Assembly (NCBI GenBank): GCA_000442015.1
Contig: KE560926.1
Location: 45,698 to 65,697, forward strand
DNA: 20,000 nucleotides
Direction: 5' to 3'
DNA from: Rozella allomycis CSF55
Taxonomy: Eukaryota
Both the position numbers and the translations under genes were made by a program. The notes beneath the pieces were generated by a model. That model saw nothing but the letters and a program-made list of their open reading frames with translations. It made no database searches and was not told the origin of the DNA. This document shows, piece by piece, positions 1 through 9,900 of the stretch (position 1 is the first letter of the stretch; every line of letters begins with the position of its first letter).

Positions 1-2
1 CA

Positions 3-394
3 TCCAAACTTGAAAAATTGTCTGGAAAAATGGACAATTTGCAAAAGTCTTTCAAGGAAAAGTTAGTTCAATATGAAAAGGATGTTTTGTATCGTAAAAA
101 ATTTGAAGATGAATGTAAAATGCTAAGGAAAAAGATCCAAGTTATTAAAGGCGAGTCTTCTGAAGATTTTGATGAAATTGCAGCTTACAAAGTAATTCTT
201 ATTAATAGATCCAATGTTAGAAACTACTGTATTGTAGCGCATGTGAAATTCGCCAGAAAGGGGTGATAATAACGCGTTGCATGCATTTATTTTGTAAAGA
301 ATGCATTGATGACCGTTTGGATTCAAGACAGCGCAAATGTCCTTCTTGTGGTGAAGGTTTTGGCCAAAACGACGTAAAGCCAGTTTATTTGTAA
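3..394 (+). CDS. BRE1: 3' part of histone H2B E3 ubiquitin ligase BRE1 (coiled coil + C-terminal C3HC4 RING); 5' end outside the window; intron 192-220
   Basis: Removing the 29-nt GT-AG intron 192-220 joins ...EIAAYK to KLLYCSACEIRQKGVIITRCMHLFCKECIDDRLDSRQRKCPSCGEGFGQNDVKPVYL*. This is the typical BRE1/RNF20 terminal RING (CxxC...CxHxFCxxC...RQRKCPxC). Stop TAA at 392-394. Confidence 0.9.
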
Positions 395-436
395 TAAATT
401 ATCATTTTACATTTATTAGTTTAGCGTTTTTGTTTG

Positions 437-1455
437 TTAATGTCTTTTTGTTAGCTTTCTCTTCTTTCGTTCTTCTTCAAGTTCCATTTCACGTCTATCC
501 TCTATTTTAGCAATTTTAGAACTTCGAAGTTCTTCTCTTCTTATTGTTTCCGGGTCTGCTTCCATATCGCTGTCACTAAAGTCGTCACGTCGAGCATATC
601 TTATAAACAAGTTTCAACATCTTTTACTTTTGCCTGTTGTATCCAAAGATTTCTCCTATCACTGAGGAAATCATGTTTGGATTACAATCGTCTATATCCT
701 CACTGTATTCGTCTTCATCGTAATACTCATCTTCATATTCATCTCGTACTGGTTTAATTCGTCTTTCTGAAACATTTTGCGGTGCCTTTGTAGAACTTCT
801 ACCATTATTAACCGTGACATTCTTAGCTATAACATTCTTAGCCATAACATTATTAGCTGCGTGGTTCCCTGTAGTTTTCGGCTTTGTTTTGCCTCCATTT
901 GAAGTTGAAGGTCGCGAGCTGTCCTTCATTGTTACAGCTTTCTTGGATGTCATGGAACTGGTAATCTCTTCTATAGTTCTTAAATCTCTCTTTTTAGTAT
1001 TAAGTTTAACTAAATCTCTGGAAAAGGGATCCTTTTCTGTCGTTTTACTAGTTTTAGTTTGAATTGGGATCTTTTTGAGAAACTTTGGCTCTTTAATCTT
1101 CTTTTTTTTTCTTTCTTCTGTAATTTGTCCATCCATTCTCTTAATAAAATCAGGCGTCTTGACCTTTTTCATGTTGACTTGTTCCATTTTTTCCTTGATT
1201 GCTTTTCTTTTTGCTTCATCCATTAACTTTCTAATCTCATCCAGACTCTCCTTTTCTTTCGCAGACTGAAGCGCGCTAATCACATTTTTTCTTTCAGATT
1301 CTTTTCGTTTTTCCAACTCCTTCTTTTCTGATTCTTCTTTCAGCCTTTGTTTCTTCAAGGCATCTGACATGATCTTTTGCTTTATGGACTGCTCTTCAGC
1401 CTGTTTCATGAGTTTATTAAACTAGATTATAATTTTCACGTATAGTTACATCCAT
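437..1455 (-). CDS. SPT2: SPT2 chromatin protein / histone chaperone; exons 1455-1450, 1421-628, 599-437
   Basis: Two 28-nt GT-AG introns (1422-1449 and 600-627) give an N-terminus MDFNKLMKQAEE. The C-terminus is IGEIFGYNRQKYARRDDFSDSDMEADPETIRREELRSSKIAKIEDRREMELEEERKKRK, matching the SPT2 C-terminal domain pattern (IFGY...SDMEA...EE.RS...ED). Confidence 0.85.
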
Positions 1456-1518
1456 AAAGGCTCTAAAAATTCAAAAAGTAGAAATTCAAATTTATGAAAT
1501 ATTGTTTTGGCAATAACC
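1456..1518. promoter_or_regulatory. 63-bp divergent intergenic region between the SPT2 and TPK start codons; putative bidirectional promoter
   Basis: Head-to-head ATGs at 1455 (-) and 1519 (+) with an AT-rich spacer. No specific motif identified. Confidence 0.5.
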
Positions 1519-2226
1519 ATGTCGTCGATAAAATGGTGGGATGAAAAAAAGTATTCAGCGATATTATTGAATGGATTTAAAGGCTTTGTTGACTGGCCAT
1601 TGTTCAGGAATGTTTGGGAAAATGCGCAATGTAAATTGTGCGCTGATGGAGCAGCGAATTCTCTTTTAGCCGAGACCAAGGAAAAATTTAGTTCAGTAAA
1701 TTTTGTACCTGACGCTATTGTTGGGGATTTAGATTCTTTAGACGAATTAACAAGAATAGAGTACCAAAAGGCCAATGTTGCAATTATACATGATTCGTGC
1801 CAAGATACTACAGATTTAACTAAATGCCTTAAATGTTTGGAAAAAATTCCATTATCGAATCCAGTTTTCGTATTTGGTGCATTCGGTGGTAGAGTGGACC
1901 AATCTCTTTCATCTATTCACAGCTCACTTTTATTTAATCATAAACGAATATATTTAATGAATAAAGAATGCTTATCAACAGTATTACAACCAGGAAACTC
2001 TAGCATTATCATTAACGAAAAACATGAAGGACCTATTTGCGGGGTTTTGCCTATTGTTCAAAGTAAAACGGTGGTTAGTACCACTGGCTTGAAATGGAAT
2101 TTGGATAATGCAAACTTATCATATGGCTCACTTATTAGCTCCTCAAACAAAGCGGTAGACACAGTCGTAACAATTACGACTAATCAACCAGTATTATGGA
2201 CAATTTGCTTTAAAAATGTTTCATAA
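1519..2226 (+). CDS. TPK1: Thiamine pyrophosphokinase (THI80/TPK1 family), intronless
   Basis: Contains the motifs CADGAAN, PDAIVGDLDS, QDTTDLTKC, GAFGGRVDQ, TTGLKWNL and LISSSN. First ATG is at 1519; the ORF track starts at a TTG at 1507. Confidence 0.93.
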   Translation: MSSIKWWDEKKYSAILLNGFKGFVDWPLFRNVWENAQCKLCADGAANSLLAETKEKFSSVNFVPDAIVGDLDSLDELTRIEYQKANVAIIHDSCQDTTDLTKCLKCLEKIPLSNPVFVFGAFGGRVDQSLSSIHSSLLFNHKRIYLMNKECLSTVLQPGNSSIIINEKHEGPICGVLPIVQSKTVVSTTGLKWNLDNANLSYGSLISSSNKAVDTVVTITTNQPVLWTICFKNVS

Positions 2227-2255
2227 AGAATAATTATAATTTTGTCACTTAATAT

Positions 2256-2905
2256 TTATTGCTGATAACTATTGACCCATTCCTGATAATGAGCTTCATG
2301 CTTGCGACTTTGGTATCTCACCAATGACAAGGAAGCCAAAACTTTAACATTGATGTGACCATAGTATCCCGCTTTTTTCAACAGCGAGACAATAGTCTCA
2401 TACTTTGTCCATCCTTTGAATGTGATCGTTCATACGTTTTTACCTTGATTATGAGCTACTTCTGGTAGATAAGTTGCAGAATGAGATTTGTAGTTTATCT
2501 TTATTCCATGAATTCCGACATCCCAGTTGTCCCACTTTAGATCATCTTCAAAATCGTCCAAAATTGATACAGCACAAGACAAGTGAGATATCTCTTCCAC
2601 GGTAATTGGTGAAAATCTTGAATCATTAAATGCACTTGTACTATTAGCTAGTCTAGGTTACCTCGTCAATGCATACTTTTTGATTCCACTGTGCAAATCA
2701 AGGGGATTGAAAGTTCCGATGCACCCTCGCAATTCCTTTTTCCCATTTTGATGTGTATACCAGGTAATAAACAGTGGCCAAATATACCCAATGTATTTTA
2801 ATGTTACTTTTTAGAGTTTTCAAATTGCGGCTCTGTAGGGGGTGAATCGCCGTTTAAATGATTTGATAAAATCTCAAAACAATAGAAACAATGATCTGGA
2901 GTCAT
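2256..2905 (-). CDS. AMMECR1: AMMECR1-domain protein; exons 2905-2808, 2778-2662, 2634-2444, 2413-2256 (absent from the ORF track)
   Basis: Spliced translation: [13 protein letters not shown]...[15 protein letters not shown]...ELRGCIGTF...[15 protein letters not shown]...LSCAVSIL...WDVGIHGI...[16 protein letters not shown]...LLKKAGY...RYQS. It includes the LRGCIG signature. Introns are 2779-2807 (GT...TG, see findings), 2635-2661 and 2414-2443. Confidence 0.9.
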
Positions 2906-2955
2906 TTAAGAGATTTGAATAAAGTTACGGAATATCACCAGGGTTAAATAATTTT
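2906..2955. promoter_or_regulatory. 50-bp divergent intergenic region between the AMMECR1 and XRN2 start codons; putative bidirectional promoter
   Basis: Head-to-head ATGs at 2905 (-) and 2956 (+). Confidence 0.5.
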
Positions 2956-5900
2956 ATGGGAGTTCCGGCGCTTTTCCGTTGGCTTAATAATAAGTATCCA
3001 AAAATTACGAGGAGTGTTATAGAAGAAGCTGCAACTGCGAATAATACTGTTTGTGGCAGGCTGGATGCTTCTGGGCCGAATCCCAATGGGGAAGAAAATG
3101 ATAATTTGTATTTGGACATGAATGGAATTATCCATCCTTGTTGTAAACCGGAAGGCAGAGAGGCACCGAAAACGGAGGAGGATATGTTTTTGGCGATATT
3201 TGAGTATATAGACAGAATATTTGCGATGGTCCGACCGAGGAAGCTGCTTTATATGGCTATAGATGGTGTTGCGCCTAGAGCAAAGATGAACCAACAGAGA
3301 AGCAGAAGATTTAGGTCTGTGAAAGAGTTGGCGATGAAAAAGGCGAAAGAGGAAGAGATGATTGAGAATGGATTTGAGGTACCCAACACAGAGGATGGAG
3401 GAGAAGAATTTGATAGAAACTGTATTACCCCTGGGACAATGTTTATGTATAATTTGTCAAAGGCATTAAGATATTATGTGCATGATAGATTGAGTAATGA
3501 TCCTGGCTGGAAGAATGTGAAAGTGATGTTTTCAGACGCGAGTGTACCTGGAGAGGGAGAGCATAAAATAATGACTTTTATTAGACAGCAAAGAATGAGT
3601 GAAGATCACGATATGAATACTAGTCATGTGATGTATGGACTTGACGCTGATTTGATAATGTTGGCGTTGGCTACACATGAACCACATTTTAAAATATTGA
3701 GAGAAGATGTATTTGCAGAAGATAGTACTAAAAGGTTTACGTGTACAAAATGCCAAAAGACTGGCCACATTGCAGCAGATTGTCCATTGGATAATCCAGA
3801 GAAGAGTGCCGTCCAGCCAAAGCCATTTATATTTTTAGATGTTGGGATTTTGAGAGAGTATTTGGAAGCAGAAATGAAAACAAATCCAAAATTAGATTTA
3901 GAGAGACTGATTGATGATTGGGTGTTTTTGTGTTTCTTTGTTGGAAATGATTTTCTTCCGCATCTTCCGTCATTAGAGATTAGAGAAGGAGCGATTGATA
4001 AACTTTTAGAAATATACAAGAGAAGATTTGATGAAATGGGAGATTATTTAACGAATAATGGAATTGTAGATTTATCACGTGTGGCAATCATTATGGAAGA
4101 ATTAGGGAGAATTGAAGATTCGGTTTTTAAGTCTAGAAGAGACAGAGAAGAAAGAAGAAGAGCGAATTTTAAAAGAAGAAGAATGGAAAATAATAATCCA
4201 ATTCCAAACCAAGAAGAAATCATCGCTGCAAAGAATATTGAAATGGCGTCTCTTTTAAGATCTAAATTAGCCAAGAAATCTATTAAAGAAAATGAAGAAA
4301 ACGAAGAAGAGAAAAGAAATTCAAGTGAAGCCAAAGATAAAGATAAAGAAGAGATTAGTGACAAAGTAGAAGTAGAAGAATTAAAAGAAGAGAAGGAAGA
4401 AGGGAATGGGGACAAGGAAGAAATAAAAGTTCTCAAAGGTGATTTGAATGCTCAGCTTACTGAATCAAAAGCTGAAGATTTTAAAGTGGAAACCAAAAAT
4501 AGTTTAGAATCTACTGAAACTAAAGATGAAAATACTGAAATCATGGAATCTAAAAGCGTCACTGAAGTTGGATCAACAATCACAGAAATTAAAAGGCCAA
4601 TCGATGAAGATGAAAGTGACCCTGAACCTTACGATGACGTCAGACTTTGGGAAAATGGTTGGAAAGAAAGATATTACTCTTCTAAATTTGGGATTGAATT
4701 GTCTGATACTTCATTTATAGATGATCTAGTATTCAATTACGTCCAAGGTCTTTGTTGGGTTTTACAATACTATTACAGGGGTTGTCCATCATGGAATTGG
4801 TATTTCCCATATCATTACGCTCCATTCGCTTCTGATTTCACAAAAATATCCAATCTGGATATTAAATTTGATCTAGGAACTCCATTTAAACCACTTGAAC
4901 AGTTGATGGGTGTGTTGCCAGCTGAAAGTAGACAATTTCTTCCTCCAGGGTTACAAAAACTAATGATTGACGATGATTCACCAATAATTGATTTTTATCC
5001 AAAAGATTTTTCGATTGATTTGAATGGAAAAATTCATGCTTGGCAAGGGGTTGCACTTTTACCTTTTATTGATGAACAAAGACTTTTAGAAGCAATTTCA
5101 AATGTTCAATTATCAAAAGAAGAAGAGAAGATGAATGAACAAGGCGAAGAGTCTATTTATCTTGGAAACTCGCATCCTGCATTTTCAATTGTTTTAGATC
5201 TTTATGAACCAACAATAAAAGAAGAAATAATAGAAGTGGATGCAAAACTATTTGATGGTTTATCTGGATTAATTGGCCCCGATTCTAATGCTGTTCTCCC
5301 TGGTCAGATCTTTCCTAGACCATTTAAACAAGTTTCAGATTTGGAAAACAACAATGCTATTTCGTAATTAATTTTAATTTCTTTAATAAAAGATGTTTGT
5401 ATTTCCATCCGCAGTTTCAAGACAAGCATGGATTCCAGTCAGAGTTACTTCCAGGTGTAGAACTTAAAGAGCGAGTTTTGACAAGAAATGATACTGATAT
5501 GGTTAAAAGTGGCAGAAAGCATCTGTCACATGCATCCATGCACAGAGAATCTCATCAACAGAGAGAAGGAAGATCCATGCATGGCAAGTTAGACAGAAGA
5601 TCCAACAGAAATGATAATTATGTTCCTAACCAAAGACAAGAATATAAACCTTACAATCGTCCAAGCAATCGCAGTAATGAGCGTTCTAGAGAACGTCCAA
5701 GTGACAGACACAATGAATATCGTTCGTATGATCAATACAATCGTTCTTATGATCAGTATCAAGCATCAAATTATCAATCTGGATATTCTAATCAAAATCA
5801 ATCTTACAGCTCTAATTCTAATCAAAATCTATCTTACAGTTCTAACTCTTATCACAATCAATCTTATAGCTCTCAATCTAGTCACAATCAATCATATTAC

Positions 5901-6908
5901 AATCAATATTATCCAAACAACAATTTTGATCAATATTCTCAATATCAAAGTCATCAACATGGTCATCATGTACAAAGTAATTCAAATCTCCATAGTCAAC
6001 ACGCTCATAATCAACATGGTCATCCTAATCAACANTTGTCACATGCATCCATGCACAGAGAATCTCATCAACACAGAGAAGGAAGATCCATGTATGGTAA
6101 ATTAGATAGAAGATCCAACAGAAATGATAATTATGTTCCTAACCAAAGACAAGAATATAAACCTTACAATCGTCCAAGCAATCGCAGTAATGAGCGTTCT
6201 AGAGAACGTCCAAGTGACAGACACAGTGAATATCGTTCGTATGATCAATACAATCGTTCTTATGATCAGTATCAAGCATCAAATTATCAATCTGGATATT
6301 CTAATCAAAATCAATCTTACAGCTCTAATTCTAATCAAAATCTATCTTACAGTTCTAACTCTTATCACAATCAATCTTATAGCTCTCAATCTAGTCACAA
6401 TCAATCTTATAGCTCTCAATCTAGTCACAATCAATCATATTACAATCAATATTATCCAAACAACAATTTTGATCAATATTCTCAATATCAAAGTCATCAA
6501 CATGGTCATCATGTACAAAGTAATTCAAATCTCCATAGTCAACACGCTCATAATCAACATGGTCATCCTAATCAACACGCTCCACTCGCTCACCAACAAG
6601 CATTTCCACCGTCAAACTATTCAAACAATCCAGCTCAACAATACGGCTACCAACAGCCACAATACAGCAACATGAATTACTATGGCCCACAATCAGGATA
6701 CAATTGGAACGCACAGTATCAAACACATAATCAACATCAAGCACCAGCCCATAATCAAAACTATTATGTTCAACAATTACAAAACTACCATGGGCAGCAA
6801 CAGCAGCAAAGACCATCAAGAGATCCAAGATCAAGTATCAGAAATCAAACCACGACAAACACTGCTAATCTCGCGTGGTCTAGGAACATTAATCGTCAGA
6901 AAAAGTAA
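2956..6908 (+). CDS. XRN2: 5'-3' exoribonuclease 2 (XRN2/Rat1/Dhp1); exons 2956-5363 and 5393-6908; the C-terminal low-complexity tail is probably inflated by an assembly duplication
   Basis: Motifs MGVPALFRWL, DNLYLDMNGIIHPC, AIDGVAPRAKMNQQRSRRF, PGEGEHKIM, GLDADLIML, GNDFLPHLP and WYFPYHYAPF, plus the CCHC knuckle CTKCQKTGHIAADC typical of XRN2 rather than XRN1. A 29-nt GT-AG intron at 5364-5392 joins the two ORFs in frame (NAIS|CLYFHP). Confidence 0.95.
5524..6577 (+). repeat. Near-identical direct duplication of about 0.5 kb (5524-6034 and 6037-6577) either side of the N at 6035; probably two alleles or overlapping contig ends joined in tandem
   Basis: The copies differ by a few substitutions (QQR/QHR, CATGGCAAGTTAGAC vs TATGGTAAATTAGAT, HNE/HSE) and one extra 30-nt repeat unit. 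The junction is a single N. Confidence 0.85.
5787..5906 (+). repeat. Coding 30-nt tandem repeat (SNQNQSYSSN-like decapeptide), 4 degenerate units; 5 units in the second copy at 6300-6449
   Basis: Units: tctaatcaaaatcaatcttacagctctaat / tctaatcaaaatctatcttacagttctaac / tcttatcacaatcaatcttatagctctcaa / tctagtcacaatcaatcatattacaatcaa. Confidence 0.8.
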
Positions 6909-6971
6909 TAAAAGTTCAAGTTAAATTCAAAAATCTTTTAATTTCATATCCATTATCCATTATAAGTTTAT

Positions 6972-9900
6972 TTATTTGTAGAATCTCTGTCTGAAAGCAT
7001 CCACAGTTTTAGCATTCCTCTCTTTCCTCACAAAACTCGGTTTCATTTCATAAAGCGATCTAGGAAACTGTTTAACAGCCCTTTCTTCAACCTCAATAAA
7101 CGGCGGCGGTCTCTTTAGAATAAACGAAATATCCAAATCCACATCAACATTGACCAAATCCAGCACATTCTGAATAGAAACATCATGCACGGTATAAGAC
7201 GCGTGGTTGACTACAGAGTTGACAATGTGATCGTCGTCGTATTGAAACAGAGAGCATTTGTGGTTGTATTCTTGCTGTTTCAATACTTCGAATGATTTCT
7301 TCAATTGGTAAAATAGAGCGGGTGATGATCGCAGGGGATCGGCAGCGAGTAGTTCAAATGTTTTCAGGATTGATTCTCTGGATTTGAAGAGATTCAGGGG
7401 ATCAATGTTTTCCTATACTTTGAATTTATGCATATTACTGAATCGAATGCAGAGTCTGGGTTGATTTCAAAAGAAAGTTTTTCTAGTTTATCAAGGATGG
7501 CTAGATCAGATTGATGTGAAGTAGACCATGAATTTATTTTGAAAGAAAGGGGATCCAAGTATATTTCTTTTGAGATTTCATTTGGATGCAAAATCTATAT
7601 TAAGATGGATAACAATTTACGTTTTCTATTTTCGAATTGTTAATTAATGATTTTATTTTCTCATTGAATACAATTCTTGTGCCTAAACCTTTAAAGGGAA
7701 GAGTGAATGATTTTTCATGGCAAATGATTGAAAGGGATCCATTCAATGATCCAGTTTTATTGGCGATTAAATTCAAGTCGATTTGTTTTGATTGTTTTGA
7801 TAAAATAGAAAAAGATTCTGGTAAAATTAACTTGTAGTCTTTTGATTCAACTGAAGTAATGACTACGTTGGCAGTAACATCGCCCTTGTTTATTAACTGA
7901 ATTTTAGCTTGTTGAATGAAATAACAAGGACAGAAACCTTTTTAATTAAAATTATGTTTGTATTACCAAAGTTTAGAATAGAAGAGGGTTTGATTAGTAG
8001 ATTGAATGTACCGCCGACACCAAAGGCGATTATTTCCTTGTAATTTGTTCCTTTGCATTCAACAATAAAATTTTCTTGAAATTTAATGAAATTATTTGGT
8101 GTGAATGAAAGATCTACATTTTCAGATTCATGGACATTCAAAGTTCCATGTAATTTTGACAATCTAAAGACATCTTTTTGATGATAATTGATAGACCATT
8201 TAAGTGGTACTTTACCTAATGATTATTCAATAGGTTTCTATTTACCTAATTATTATTAAAGCATATTATTACCTCTGTTAACTAGCGTGAATGATTTGCT
8301 GTATAAACAATCCACAGCACACACGCCAAAATCCAAACAAGAATGCCTAATAAACAAATCGGGCTGCACCGACTTTCCTCTCACCGTGCAATCAAACACA
8401 CCCACATTAGTCTTCAAGTGAATCTGGCTTCTCAGTTCATACGCGCCAGAAGGCAGCCAGCTAATTTTAACCATTGCTCTATCCAGCCCATTAATAGAAA
8501 TACAATTCGGCTCTACTCTGATGGGGAATGCAGCAATAATGTCAATTTGGAGTGGATACTTTCCAATATTTACCAAAGGAATTTCCCTCGTCGACAGTTC
8601 AAAGACGGGACAGGTGGACAGGTTTATTGATTCGATTAGAGATAAATCCAGAAGAGCTTCTTCGCATTGCCCCATCAAGTCGACGTGATAGAATTTGTCA
8701 TTGGCGTCTGTTTTAATAACTATTTTTTCTTCGAATGGGCCAGTTTTGAATGGAATGCAGCTTGTAGAGATTTCAACAGACTTTTTAGGTAGAACTAGTC
8801 CTTTGAATGTGTGCAGTTGAATGAATGAAGGTTTTGTTAATGGTTTAATAGAAAACTTTGTTTTAACAGAGCCAATGTTTTTAATTATGAAAGATAGTTT
8901 GGGTTTGGTGGATTTTTCAAAAAAGCCGAAATCTAATTTTGATTTTGACACTTCTAGACTGATTGTGCCAGAATGTAATTTGATTGGAATTAGATGCCTT
9001 GAATAAGGAGAAGAAACTAATAAATGAAGTTGCAAATCTAAATCTTTTGGTGGTTTAAAATAAATCATTAAATTTGATTCTTCAAATGGTAAAATAGTTA
9101 AATTGGATGGTTGAAGAATTATTAAATTATTAACAATTGAATCTAAAAATAGAAATCTAATAATAATACCCTTGTCTTTATCTTTATCTTTTTCATGAAT
9201 AGAAAATGTTAATGGATAATTAACTTGACCAACATTTTTAAAAGTAATTGAATCAGAATATGTATTCCCTTTGAATATAATTGTATGTTATTTACCAACA
9301 ATGCAGTCTATGAATTCAAGAGATGATTTTGAGATTAGCAAGACAGATTCTCTTCCAGTTCCAATTAATTCAATTTCATATTTTTCTAATAAAGTTCCAA
9401 TTATAACTTTTCCTGCTGGAGGATTCTCTTCCATTGGCATAAAAATTAATGGCAAATTAAATGTCGTTCCTTTAAATTGTTAACAATCAATGTTACCTGG
9501 TTGAAGTGATATTCTATCCATTGGCCATTCAATTCCTTTAACTGTGAGAATAGATTAATTACCTCTAGAATAATGTTTAGATTCAACCAAATCAAACAAT
9601 GTTAAATGAAGAATTGCATTTCCTTCATTTGTTATTGGCAAATAAGACAATGTTTGTTTTCCCAGCATACACAACCCAAAATCAAACCTATATATGTTAA
9701 AAGTAAAGATTTATACCTATTTCAAAGATTAACAATTGATTACCTAGATTATCTACTCTACCTTTTTCTACCTTTTAAATTTGGTTAAACTGATTCGCGC
9801 AAATCCACCCCCACCAAACATCCCCAACCTAATCCTCTGCGAACAATCAGGTTCAAAATACACAGGCGCACTCTGCACAGCTTCTTCCGTCGGCTTAAAA

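Noticed and set aside
2641-2661. Alternative 21-nt version of AMMECR1 intron 2 using the upstream TAG
   Set aside because: It is shorter than every other intron here and would insert two residues into the conserved YALTSAF motif; the 27-nt form fits better.
5611-6675. Ile/Asn-rich alternative-frame ORFs (164 and 183 aa)
   Set aside because: These are shadow frames of the low-complexity XRN2 tail, with no independent coding evidence.
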